Shown: positions 27,180 through 36,473, counted from the stretch's first letter. The stretch is DNA of 64,000 bases from Candidatus Omnitrophota bacterium (GCA_050250375.1 JBFWOS010000001.1:1150361-1214360); one strand, 5' to 3'. Numbers and translations are program-made. Notes: generated by a model not told the origin, from the sequence alone.

Positions 27180-29627
27180 ATGAAATTAAAATTACTTCTG
27201 ATCGGGTTGTTCGTATGTCTGGCATCGATTCCTTGTTTTTCCCAAGAAGCCGATTCGCCCAACGAATACTTTCCGAATGGTGATCTGAAAATACTTTGGG
27301 AGCCTAATGAAGGCACATCTCTTCTAACCCGCAAAGAATTTTATGAAAACGGCCGTTTAAAAAGTCAGGCCAACCTCATCAATAATAAACTCACCGGAAT
27401 CTATGTCGAATATTATGAAGACGGAAAACTTTATCTGGAAACGACCTACAAGGACGACGCTCTTAATGGGCCTTTTCGGGAATATTTTTCCAATGGCACG
27501 GTAAAATCCGAAGGTGAGTATATTGACGGTAAGCTGAACGGCATTCAATATATTTATTATAAAGACGGAAAGCTCAGCCAGGAAGCTAATTATGATAACG
27601 ACATCCTGCATGGGGTCGTAAAGATTTATTTCCCTAACGGCCAGATTCGTCAACTCTCCACCTACCGTTCCGGTAAGTTATCAGGACCCTTTAAAATTTA
27701 TGGTGAATTGGGCACCTTATTGTCTGATAGAAACTATGTCGATGATCTCCAGCAGGGTCCGTTTAATTCTTATCAGGACAGCGGGGTACTCTCGGAAAGC
27801 GGAACTTTCAAAGATGATAAGGTCGTGGTGCTGAAAAATTATACCCCCGATGGAATCCTGTTACGAGAAATAAACTTCCAAGATGGGCTTAAACATGGGG
27901 ATTATCGCGAATACTACAATTCGGGCGTTTTGAAAATATATAACACGTACGACAATGACATCTTGGTTTCCCAACAGGCCTATGATCAATACGGCCTTTC
28001 CATTAGCTATACAGACACTCAACCATCCGGTCAAATAAACTTCCTGTCTTCCTTCTCCAAAAAGGAAATTTTCTTTATTTTAGGCATACTCTTGTTGAGC
28101 ATTTTTGGAACAACCTTGGTTGTAAACGGTTATCACCGGATGGTTCGGCCCAAAACATTCATGGCCCAGGATGTTTATCCGGAAGTGAAACAAGAAAAAA
28201 CCCATGACAAAGATCATAACCCCAATGTGATTGACCCGAATGCCGACAAAATGTATCGAAGTCTGGTTGAAACGGTCCGCAGCGGGATATACCTGACCGA
28301 CGCTAAAGGTAAACTGATTTACGGCAACAATACTTTTTCCCAGTTGCTCGGCTTTAGAACAAAACCTGAAACGGCGGGTATGAACCTGGATGATACCTTT
28401 AGTGATTTTGAGCGAAACAAAAAGAAGTTTCTCGAACAACTGAATGAATCCAAAGCCGTGTATGACTATACCTTCAAATACAAAAAATCCGACGGAACCA
28501 TTGCAATATTATCTACTTCGGCCAATCATGTCTTTAACGACCGCGGTCAAATTATCGGTGTACAAGGCGTCATTATGGATATCACGGAGAAATTCCATCT
28601 GGAAGAAACCGTACGGACCGAAAAGAAAAAACTCGAACTTCTGCTCGACTTTTTTGAGACCATCGATACTATCCGGGAAATGGATGCTCTTACAAAATTT
28701 ATCATTAACGGGATCAGTGAAATTCTGGAATCCAACCGCTGTTCACTGATGATGGCAGAAAACGATTCCACCTCATTAAAAGTCTGTGAAGCCAAAGGTA
28801 TGGACAAAGACGTTATGGCTAGCACCAAAGTGGATTGGGGTGAACCCATCGCAGGAAAAGTTGCCAAAGAAGGCAAACCGATCCTGATCAAAAATATTGA
28901 ATATGATGATCATTATAAAGAGTTCAAAAAGCCATCCTACCGCGGCCGCTCCCTCATGGCGGCTCCGTTAATTTATAACGAAAATCTGGTCGGAGTAATC
29001 TGTGTAACCGACAAAAAGGATGAAATCCTTTACGGCGAACCATTCAATAATATCGATTTAAAAATCCTTATTACCATTGCCTCCAAGGTCGTGATCGCCC
29101 TGGAGAATGTCAAAATGTATAACGACCTGAACCTCCTTTCGCATACCGATCCGATCACGCAAATCTACAATTACCGGTTATTTTCCCAAAGCCTTGACCG
29201 GGAAATCTCGCGATTCAAGCGGGAAAAAAACGACCTGGCCATTTTTATGATGGATCTCGACAGTTTCAAATCATACAACGACACGTACGGCCACATTGAA
29301 GGAGATGAACTTCTAAAAAATCTTGGGAAAATTCTGAAAGAAAATCTGCGGGAAAGCGACATTGTCTGCCGTTACGCCGGGGACGAATTCTGTGTAGTCC
29401 TGCCGAACACCAATATCGAAGGCGCTCAGAAAGCGGCAGAGAAAGTAGTCAAAGGTGTCCGTGAATTTCCTCATTTTAAACGGGTGGTAACCATCAGCAT
29501 TGGAATTGCCCCTTACATCGATGGTTTGGATAAAAAAGAATTTATCAAACACGCCGATGCCGCTCTTTATGACGCCAAACATTCCGGAAAAAACACCGTT
29601 AAGGTTTACCAGCCTGAAGCTTCATAA
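27180..29627 (+). CDS. Sensor diguanylate cyclase: signal peptide, MORN/YwqK-type repeats, TM, PAS, GAF, GGDEF (variant AGDEF)
   Basis: 815 aa. Repeated YxxNGxLxxEGxYxxGKxxG units in residues 40-270 and a TM helix IFFILGILLLSIFGTTLVV. The PAS domain contains MYRSLVETVRSGIY. The GGDEF domain contains FMMDLDSFKSYNDTYGH. Its I-site is RESD and its A-site is RYAGDEF. Confidence 0.85.
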   Translation: MKLKLLLIGLFVCLASIPCFSQEADSPNEYFPNGDLKILWEPNEGTSLLTRKEFYENGRLKSQANLINNKLTGIYVEYYEDGKLYLETTYKDDALNGPFREYFSNGTVKSEGEYIDGKLNGIQYIYYKDGKLSQEANYDNDILHGVVKIYFPNGQIRQLSTYRSGKLSGPFKIYGELGTLLSDRNYVDDLQQGPFNSYQDSGVLSESGTFKDDKVVVLKNYTPDGILLREINFQDGLKHGDYREYYNSGVLKIYNTYDNDILVSQQAYDQYGLSISYTDTQPSGQINFLSSFSKKEIFFILGILLLSIFGTTLVVNGYHRMVRPKTFMAQDVYPEVKQEKTHDKDHNPNVIDPNADKMYRSLVETVRSGIYLTDAKGKLIYGNNTFSQLLGFRTKPETAGMNLDDTFSDFERNKKKFLEQLNESKAVYDYTFKYKKSDGTIAILSTSANHVFNDRGQIIGVQGVIMDITEKFHLEETVRTEKKKLELLLDFFETIDTIREMDALTKFIINGISEILESNRCSLMMAENDSTSLKVCEAKGMDKDVMASTKVDWGEPIAGKVAKEGKPILIKNIEYDDHYKEFKKPSYRGRSLMAAPLIYNENLVGVICVTDKKDEILYGEPFNNIDLKILITIASKVVIALENVKMYNDLNLLSHTDPITQIYNYRLFSQSLDREISRFKREKNDLAIFMMDLDSFKSYNDTYGHIEGDELLKNLGKILKENLRESDIVCRYAGDEFCVVLPNTNIEGAQKAAEKVVKGVREFPHFKRVVTISIGIAPYIDGLDKKEFIKHADAALYDAKHSGKNTVKVYQPEAS

Positions 29628-29635
29628 CTACATCT

Positions 29636-30010
29636 TCAGCGAATATAATTCTCGATCGCTTCTAACAATTGAGGGATATCAAACGGTTTTCCAAGGGCGG
29701 GATAAAAAGTTCCATCAATTTTGAGGCCTAATTCCTGGAGGCCTTCATCTTCACCGGAGACAAGAGCGGTCAAAAAAAGGACCGGGACATCTTTTAAGGC
29801 CGAGTCGCGTTTGATTGTTTTGATGGCATCGTCCCCGCTCATCCCGGGCATCATCATATCCATCAGAATCAGATCCGGACAATCCTCTCTGGCAAACTCA
29901 ATCCCGTCAACCGCATTCTGAAATGCGCTGACTTCATACCCTTCTTTCGACAAAACTGACTTGGTGATTTCACACAAATCTTTATCATCATCAATCAATA
30001 CAATCTTCAC
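29636..30010 (-). CDS. Stand-alone response-regulator receiver (CheY-like)
   Basis: 124 aa. Acidic pocket DDD, phospho-acceptor ILMDMMMPGMSG, and conserved T/K positions. Confidence 0.85.
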   Translation of the reverse strand: MKIVLIDDDKDLCEITKSVLSKEGYEVSAFQNAVDGIEFAREDCPDLILMDMMMPGMSGDDAIKTIKRDSALKDVPVLFLTALVSGEDEGLQELGLKIDGTFYPALGKPFDIPQLLEAIENYIR

Positions 30011-30030
30011 ATTTGCCCCCTATAAATATA

Positions 30031-31887
30031 CTATTGTGTCTTGAACAAGCCCGCATTGTCAAGGGAGAGTCTTTCTATTTGGAATGAGGAACTTTTATAA
30101 ACAGAAAATCCGTCTTGAAAGAAAATGTTTTCATACAGCTTTCCGTTATATTCCAGAGTATTTCTTTCCACAGGCTCTTTCTTGAGAATTACGCACGGGT
30201 TAAAACCAGGCCGACTCAATTTATTTGATAAATTATCTACAGCTACGTGTTCCATTTTTTTGCGCACGGGTCCCGTTTGTAATAAAATCCACCAGGGATA
30301 CTCCCAGTCGTTCTCCCCCAGAGACAAACCGATATTTTTACACCCGGTCGAATTGACCGCATTAGCGGCTTTTTTATATCCAGGGTAACGGTCTCCTTCG
30401 GTTATAAAATATAAGGCCTCCCGTCCGGCATTAAATATTGTCGTCTTCTTACTGGAAACAAGCCGCTTTTTGGGGTTTTTAGTCAAAAGCGGAATTGACA
30501 AACCAAACAACAACACTGTCACTACGATTAATGTATTTTTTCCTCCATAAACTTCAAATACCGCCGCGGTCAGCGGGGCTCCGATAACGAATAATGGTAA
30601 ATGTAACCGGCTGCCCCATATTTGCCATTTTAATACAACACTCACCGCAACGAAGCATAACAAAACAGAAATTAAAAGCCCCTGCCAGACCTCTCTCTCC
30701 ATGCGTCCTTTTCGAAAAATAAGTATAAAAACAGAAACCACAAATAACAACAAGTGCGAAAAATTCCCGATTCCATCTTCATCAATGCCTTTAAAAATCC
30801 GGAACTCCCATCCAAGAGTTGTTCCTGGATCATTCGTTTCCAGCCCTAATAAATCATGAAATTTATAAATACCGTTTTCCATTGTTTTGTTGATGGTCTT
30901 AAAAGGAGTATTCAAATGAAGCCCGACATTGCGGATCAATAAGGACAAAATAGCTGTTGAAGTAAATTCACTGTTCTTTAATTCTATTGAGGATCCGGTC
31001 GGCGTAAAAATGTGCCCGCCTAATTGGTAATTTCTGAAAAAATGTGGAGCGTTTATTAGGAAAGCAATACTGCCAATTATGACAAATGATTTAAAGTTAA
31101 CTTCTTTTCTTGTGCTGAACAAGAAGCGCAGCATCAAAATCCCTCCATAAACGAGCATTGTCCCTTTGGTCAGAATACCCAACCCCAGACTCATCCCCGA
31201 CAAAATGGCGTATAGGATATTTTTCTCATGTTTTAACCTGTATAAAAATATAAACAAACATAAAAGCCAAAAGCCAACAACATAATCATTCTGGGTTGTG
31301 GTTGACTGCATGATTCCCATTGGGATAGTCGCAACCAAAAATGCGGCAAACAATTGCCCCTTACGTCCGGCCCCCATATATCCGGCTAATAACGATCCTC
31401 CGATACAACAACCCACCATCGAAAACCACTGGACAAGATTAGCCAAATAGTCTGTTCCGCTGAGAATCTGAAGGTGCAGGATAATATATTCCGCCATGGG
31501 TCCGGCCCATAATTGCCGGGTAATATTAGTTGCATAAAAAGAAACGGATTGATTCTGGATCCAGTGCGGGATCCTTCCCATATGGTACGTCATGGAATCA
31601 TAATTATTCGGCGGGGCGATCACAGCCATTATGCCCAATAAGGCGATGATCAAACCAGTCGCTAGCAGAATAAATAATTCTGATTTTCTAATATTTTCTG
31701 ATTTAAGGTCAGTGAATGAGAAACATTTGTAAAAATGGAGTCTGGAAAAAATGACAGAAACAACAATAAGCCAATAACCCATAACACCCCAAACATTTAA
31801 CCAGCGAAACAAACTTAACAATTCAGTACCCGCAAAGACTATAAAACCGAACAATACCATTGATTTTAAAATGTTCAGTCTCTTCAT
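30031..31887 (-). CDS. Polytopic membrane protein, GT-C-like (putative glycosyltransferase)
   Basis: 618 aa. At least 11 TM helices, then a roughly 200-aa C-terminal soluble domain. Resembles 15706..17304 and 57566..58948 in architecture. Confidence 0.45.
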   Translation of the reverse strand: MKRLNILKSMVLFGFIVFAGTELLSLFRWLNVWGVMGYWLIVVSVIFSRLHFYKCFSFTDLKSENIRKSELFILLATGLIIALLGIMAVIAPPNNYDSMTYHMGRIPHWIQNQSVSFYATNITRQLWAGPMAEYIILHLQILSGTDYLANLVQWFSMVGCCIGGSLLAGYMGAGRKGQLFAAFLVATIPMGIMQSTTTQNDYVVGFWLLCLFIFLYRLKHEKNILYAILSGMSLGLGILTKGTMLVYGGILMLRFLFSTRKEVNFKSFVIIGSIAFLINAPHFFRNYQLGGHIFTPTGSSIELKNSEFTSTAILSLLIRNVGLHLNTPFKTINKTMENGIYKFHDLLGLETNDPGTTLGWEFRIFKGIDEDGIGNFSHLLLFVVSVFILIFRKGRMEREVWQGLLISVLLCFVAVSVVLKWQIWGSRLHLPLFVIGAPLTAAVFEVYGGKNTLIVVTVLLFGLSIPLLTKNPKKRLVSSKKTTIFNAGREALYFITEGDRYPGYKKAANAVNSTGCKNIGLSLGENDWEYPWWILLQTGPVRKKMEHVAVDNLSNKLSRPGFNPCVILKKEPVERNTLEYNGKLYENIFFQDGFSVYKSSSFQIERLSLDNAGLFKTQ

Positions 31888-32474
31888 TTATTCGGCAAAC
31901 CGATGTCTTTGAAGTTGTATGTCCCCTTCTCTTCGTTAAAAATATCGGATGTGCTCAAAAATTTGATCAATTCTTCTCTGTCCGCGGTGACGACCGTTGA
32001 GGAGGCGTTCCCAAACATATCTTTCGATTCTGTCATCTCCCCTGAAATTTTCTTGTCCGCAATTGCTGCTTCCAATTTTTTCGAATCAATCAAGGCCAAT
32101 TTTAGCTGATGATCTTCTGTGATCTGGTAAGTAGCCAATTCGTAATCGGTTTCATCATCACTTCCATAATCTTTGTAATTGATATACCCCACCCCGTTAA
32201 CTTCGGCAGCGAACCCCTGATAATGCAAGACGTCCCCTTTTTCATCATTGGCAATGGTGAATAACGTGATGCATACCCCTTCTTCACAAGGCAGAAACAA
32301 CAAAAATCCATATTCCCCTTTCTCCTTATCCCGCATGCTCTCATCCACTTCCCACATTCCAATCAATCGTTCATCAAATTTGTTGTGTTCAGGATCAACC
32401 ACCGCGTGTTTGAACGTCGGATAACAACCCGACAGGAAAAACACCAACGCTACTAACAGCCATTTATTTTTCAT
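31884..32474 (-). CDS. Lipoprotein, hypothetical
   Basis: 196 aa. Lipobox LVALVFFLSGC. Confidence 0.5.
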   Translation of the reverse strand: MKNKWLLVALVFFLSGCYPTFKHAVVDPEHNKFDERLIGMWEVDESMRDKEKGEYGFLLFLPCEEGVCITLFTIANDEKGDVLHYQGFAAEVNGVGYINYKDYGSDDETDYELATYQITEDHQLKLALIDSKKLEAAIADKKISGEMTESKDMFGNASSTVVTADREELIKFLSTSDIFNEEKGTYNFKDIGLPNK

Positions 32475-32778
32475 CTGATTTCAAGCTCCTTTTCCATTGA
32501 ATATATTTAATAACATGCGCAAAACACCAAAGGGACAAGACCAAAGAAACATACCAAAATATAAAACTCCAACCCTGGGTTTGTTTCCCAAAAGGAAAAA
32601 AAATATACACAATTGTCAGGTAAACCAGCCCTTCAATGAAAATTATTGTAACCGCGTTTTCAGGTTTTGAATATACTCCCGCAATAATATTCTTATAAAT
32701 ACCGCGGGACACATACAGACGATAGGCCATCCATAACATCATTAACAGAATTGTGAACAAATCGAATAGGGTGATCAT
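32464..32778 (-). CDS. Small membrane protein (3 TM), hypothetical
   Basis: 104 aa, hydrophobic. Overlaps the lipoprotein gene by 11 nt. Confidence 0.35.
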   Translation of the reverse strand: MITLFDLFTILLMMLWMAYRLYVSRGIYKNIIAGVYSKPENAVTIIFIEGLVYLTIVYIFFPFGKQTQGWSFIFWYVSLVLSLWCFAHVIKYIQWKRSLKSDEK

Positions 32779-32797
32779 GATTTACAGGGATTAAAAA

Positions 32798-32874
32798 CGC
32801 TCCCGATAGGATTTGAACCTATAACCTACTATCATGGATAGCGATGCGCTTTAACCAGTTAAGTCTACGGGAGC
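32798..32874 (-). tRNA. tRNA-like gene with CAT anticodon context (Met or Ile2 candidate). Atypical anticodon/D arms, no encoded CCA.
   Basis: Perfect 7-bp acceptor stem GCTCCCG/CGGGAGC. Canonical T-arm ATAGG-TTCAAAT-CCTAT. A CAT triplet lies at the centre of CTATC-CAT-GATAG. No canonical 5-bp anticodon stem with a 7-nt loop or D-stem could be drawn by hand. An extended -10 (TGATAGAAT) sits upstream. Confidence 0.6.
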
Positions 32875-32929
32875 ATGAGGTATTCTATCACACTTAAATT
32901 CCAAGAAACAGCATGATATAAATTCATGG

Positions 32930-32962
32930 AGAGAAAAAGCCCAAACACTTGCGTGTTTGGGC
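32930..32962 (-). terminator. Rho-independent terminator (second of two after tRNA-Asp)
   Basis: Stem GCCCAAACAC/GTGTTTGGGC followed on the minus strand by TTTTTCTC. Confidence 0.65.
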
Positions 32963-32964
32963 TA

Positions 32965-33000
32965 AGAAAAACGGGCCGTCAAAATTAAATATTTTTGACG
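32965..33000 (-). terminator. Rho-independent terminator (first after tRNA-Asp)
   Basis: Stem CGTCAAAA/TTTTGACG followed on the minus strand by CCCGTTTTTCTT. Confidence 0.55.
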
Positions 33001-33027
33001 CGCCTCACCACTTTTCTGAAAGAAAAG

Positions 33028-33104
33028 TGGCGGGGTTGACGAGACTTGAACTCGCGGCCTCCGCCGTGACAGGGCGGCGTTCTAACCAACTGAACTACAA
33101 CCCC
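33028..33104 (-). tRNA. tRNA-Asp (anticodon GUC), CCA encoded
   Basis: GGGGTTGTAGTTCAGTTGGTTAGAACGCCGCCCTGTCACGGCGGAGGCCGCGAGTTCAAGTCTCGTCAACCCCGCCA gives a canonical cloverleaf. The overlapping track ORF 32949..33131 is spurious. Confidence 0.9.
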
Positions 33105-33139
33105 AAAGAATATTTATTGCCATTTCTATAATGGGAGAT

Positions 33140-33169
33140 ATATTACTATAGAAGCTTTTACCTGTCAAC
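33140..33169 (-). promoter_or_regulatory. Sigma-70-type promoter for tRNA-Asp
   Basis: On the minus strand: TTGACA, a 17-nt spacer, then TAATAT. This places the TSS about 28 nt upstream of the mature tRNA 5' end. Confidence 0.55.
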
Positions 33170-33266
33170 TCTATTTAATCCGAGGGATTACCGTCGGATG
33201 GCCTGAAACTTTACAGTTATTTTTTGTTCAGATTGGACGTTAAATAATCAAATATCCATCATTCCT

Positions 33267-34169
33267 ATGCGAAAATCTTATTCACAAATCCTTTTAAAAC
33301 TGACCGTAACCATAATAACGCTCATTGGGGCGTCATCTCCCGGAATAGCCGAGGATTTCGACCTCTCCCCTTATCAAAAGCTCATCCCTTTGCATGAACC
33401 GAAACTGCCTCCCGGACCATACGACTGGATGAGCCAGCATCGCGAAAATGACCAAAGTTTTTATGAATACATAAAAAGTAACCCCATCCGTTCCGATGAA
33501 CAACGCAAATACATCTATATTGTTCTCCTGGGAAATTTTGATCAGGCCGGCCAGGAAATCATCCGGACAACTGCCCGGTTCATTGAAGCGTATTTTAATC
33601 TGCAAGTCCAATGGCTCGACCCGATTTCACTCGGTTCTATCCCGGATAAGGCCCGGCGCATCCATCCACAAACCTTGGACAACCAAATACTGACGACCTA
33701 TGTCCTTGAAGATATCCTAAAACCTATTCTGCCGGATGACGCGTTTTCTGTGATCGCCTTTACTTCATCCGATTTATGGCCCGGGGAGGGCTGGAATTTT
33801 GTCTTCGGCCAGGCATCCATCCAGGACCGGGTCGGTGTCTGGTCGATTTACCGAAACGGAAACCCTAATGGCAGTCATGAAGAAAATAAATTGTGTTTAC
33901 TGAGAACCGTCAAAACCGGGACACATGAACTGGGCCATATGTTTTCATTACCCCACTGCCTCTATTTTGAATGCAATATGAACGGCAGTAACCATAGGTC
34001 TGAATCCGACCGGCGCCCATTATGGCTGTGCCCTGTTTGTCTGAGTAAATTAATGTGGAATACCGGTGATAAACCGGGGAACAGATTCCAGAGCCTCATC
34101 AAGATCAGCAATGAACTGGGGATTGATATAACGATTCTGGAACAATCGCTAGATATATTAATCCAATAA
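33267..34169 (+). CDS. Secreted archaemetzincin-like zinc metalloprotease (peptidase M54 family)
   Basis: 300 aa. Signal peptide. Motif HELGHMFSLPHCLYFECNM...LWLCPVC matches HExxHxxGxxHCx4CxM...CxxC. Confidence 0.75.
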   Translation: MRKSYSQILLKLTVTIITLIGASSPGIAEDFDLSPYQKLIPLHEPKLPPGPYDWMSQHRENDQSFYEYIKSNPIRSDEQRKYIYIVLLGNFDQAGQEIIRTTARFIEAYFNLQVQWLDPISLGSIPDKARRIHPQTLDNQILTTYVLEDILKPILPDDAFSVIAFTSSDLWPGEGWNFVFGQASIQDRVGVWSIYRNGNPNGSHEENKLCLLRTVKTGTHELGHMFSLPHCLYFECNMNGSNHRSESDRRPLWLCPVCLSKLMWNTGDKPGNRFQSLIKISNELGIDITILEQSLDILIQ

Positions 34170-34174
34170 AAAAA

Positions 34175-34199
34175 GGAGCGGACTCCGATTTTCATTTTT
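34175..34199. terminator. Weak bidirectional terminator between convergent genes
   Basis: Short stem GGAG/CTCC, then GATTTTCATTTTT on the plus strand. A/T-rich on the other side as well. Confidence 0.3.
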
Positions 34200-34248
34200 G
34201 CCGCAGTTACCAGAGTCTGCCCCTTTTAAAAAACCTTCTAAAACAAAT

Positions 34249-34683
34249 CTACGCCAGAAAAATATCGACCTTACCCAGCAAGAAGGCCATGACAAACAGC
34301 GCCACAGTCTCAATGATCCCCAGAGCAATAATGTAATTAGTCGCTCCCTTGCCGGTTTCTGCCAAGGAATCACAAGCGGCAGCGGCAGCCTTGCCCTGCA
34401 TCATCGCGGAAGCCCCCATCCCAAGGCCGCCGAGAATTCCAATACCCAATAACGGATGGCCTGCCGCAGCGGCAGTCGCAATTTTATTCATCAAAACCAT
34501 CCCGTATATCGTCTGAGACAAAGGAAATCCGACGAAGACCGTGATCAAAAAAGGAGCCGCTTTATTTTGCAAAAAAGATTTTTTCCAGGAACCAATGGCT
34601 CCCTGCGCCGCATATCCAGCTCCCAACGCAGATCCAACCGCCGCCAGAGATAAACAGGCCGCTACACCTATGTCTTCAAACAT
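34249..34683 (-). CDS. atpK: V/A-type ATP synthase subunit K (proteolipid c)
   Basis: 144 aa, four helices. Conserved carboxylate in IIALGIIETVALFVMAF. Confidence 0.8.
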   Translation of the reverse strand: MFEDIGVAACLSLAAVGSALGAGYAAQGAIGSWKKSFLQNKAAPFLITVFVGFPLSQTIYGMVLMNKIATAAAAGHPLLGIGILGGLGMGASAMMQGKAAAAACDSLAETGKGATNYIIALGIIETVALFVMAFLLGKVDIFLA

Positions 34684-34704
34684 TTTGAACCTCCCTCTTT
34701 TTAT

Positions 34705-36456
34705 TTAAGCTACTTTAATCGTTTTATTTAATGGCCGGTATTTCACCCCGGCCCATTCAAGACCCATGTGCCCCGAAAACTCCAGGACATTTAAACGAAC
34801 AGCGTGTACTAAGATTGCCATAAGGGCCAATATCATATTTAAAATGTGCAGCCCGAAAAATAAGACATAATTAAACCCAAACAGCGGTGTATTCCACATG
34901 CTGTTAGCAGCGTCGGCAACTGCTATTGTGGCTACTCCCACTGCAAACAACCGGATGTACGACACGATATCCGTTCCCGCGTTTATGATACTCAGCAAAA
35001 AAGGAATTGCTTCCGAACCAATCTTCTTTAGCAATTCACGGGGCGGCGCCATAAAGAACAAAGCCATTCCTGCTCCGCCGATAATCATCCACAAAGCAAA
35101 CGGGGGAAACGGACGGCCAAGCACAAACATATTGGCGACAAAATACATTCCCCATACGACAAGCAACCAACCGATCTGTGCCGCAGCTAAGATACTCGGA
35201 GTTAAACGTACAAATGCCCACAGCCGGGCGATGGTTAAGTGAATCAATGCAATCGTAAAACACAGATATTGCAAATTCTTGGGATCATTCAGCCAGGGAA
35301 CAATCGGTTTTACCGATGCCGGCAGCCAGGCCTGCCCGAAATAGGTTCCTGTTAAAACTCCAATCAAAACGGTGAACCCAGTTAACAAATACATCAACCA
35401 AAAAACAGTTTTGTCCTGCAGGCGTGATCCGAATTTGATATGACAAAATACGGTGGCCGCAAGAAAGATTAAACCATAGGCTGCGTCTCCAATCAAAAGG
35501 CCGAAGAACAGCGTAAAAAATATGAGGAAGACCGGACTGATATCCACTTCCTTATATCCAGGAAGAATTTCAATCAATTGAAATGCGGGTTTGCTCAAAT
35601 TGACCCACTGTGGATTTCTCAACTGGGTTGGAACCTCATCATCCGCGGTCGGAGCCTCAATCAAAATACCCCAATCGTTTTCCTTTGCGAACAACTTCAG
35701 ATTCAGCACCTGATCTTCCGGGATAAAACCCTTCAAAAAACAGATCTCATCATAATCATACATCCCGGACTGGGCCTCTTTTAAATCCAGCTGGTATTGG
35801 GCTTCCTGCCTGATCTTCCTAAATTGCTCCACATATTTAGTGTGTTCCCAAATGAGTTTTTCCAAATGGGTTGCTTCAGTCTGCTCTTCGGTCTGCAGTA
35901 ATTTCATTTTTTCCAGACTCACCGGCGGCGGATAAACCCGGTCATACGGCAGGTTTTTATTTTCCTGAAGAACGGCAACAAACCGCCTGAGATTCTTGGT
36001 AGCTCCCACTTCCTGAAAGATAACTCCCCCGGGAACTTCAATATTTTTCACAGACGTCGGAACTTCATACAAGTGAACAAAAATGCCTTTTTCAGCCAGA
36101 TCACGGATGTCCTGCGGCTCAAAATTTCCCCATTCTTCACATTTGGCAATACGCATGGCGCGCTTATCAATAAACTCCTGATGCTGATTATTCAAAGCCT
36201 GCAAATCCAGGACCTCGGTGGCTTTCTCTTTCCAGTCGTCGCACGGCTGTTGTTCCTGCCGGTTCTTTTTACTTTCCAGAACCCTGATGACCTGATCAAG
36301 TATTTCTACCGTTTCACGAGCCTTAGCAACCGTCTTTCCTGTCGGCGCCTGACTGTGCTCCACATGGACCGTCCCCAAATCGGCCAACCGTTCCAAAGCC
36401 GACTCAACGTCTTTTTTCTGGACGATCAAATGTATTTTTTTCATGGATACGATCAT
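34705..36456 (-). CDS. atpI: V/A-type ATP synthase subunit I (a subunit)
   Basis: 583 aa. Soluble N-terminal half and a C-terminal polytopic membrane half, in the position expected for subunit I. Confidence 0.8.
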   Translation of the reverse strand: MIVSMKKIHLIVQKKDVESALERLADLGTVHVEHSQAPTGKTVAKARETVEILDQVIRVLESKKNRQEQQPCDDWKEKATEVLDLQALNNQHQEFIDKRAMRIAKCEEWGNFEPQDIRDLAEKGIFVHLYEVPTSVKNIEVPGGVIFQEVGATKNLRRFVAVLQENKNLPYDRVYPPPVSLEKMKLLQTEEQTEATHLEKLIWEHTKYVEQFRKIRQEAQYQLDLKEAQSGMYDYDEICFLKGFIPEDQVLNLKLFAKENDWGILIEAPTADDEVPTQLRNPQWVNLSKPAFQLIEILPGYKEVDISPVFLIFFTLFFGLLIGDAAYGLIFLAATVFCHIKFGSRLQDKTVFWLMYLLTGFTVLIGVLTGTYFGQAWLPASVKPIVPWLNDPKNLQYLCFTIALIHLTIARLWAFVRLTPSILAAAQIGWLLVVWGMYFVANMFVLGRPFPPFALWMIIGGAGMALFFMAPPRELLKKIGSEAIPFLLSIINAGTDIVSYIRLFAVGVATIAVADAANSMWNTPLFGFNYVLFFGLHILNMILALMAILVHAVRLNVLEFSGHMGLEWAGVKYRPLNKTIKVA

Positions 36457-36473
36457 AAAATACTGCTTCCTTC

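Noticed and set aside
32949-33131. 60-aa ORF
   Set aside because: It overlaps tRNA-Asp and its terminators.
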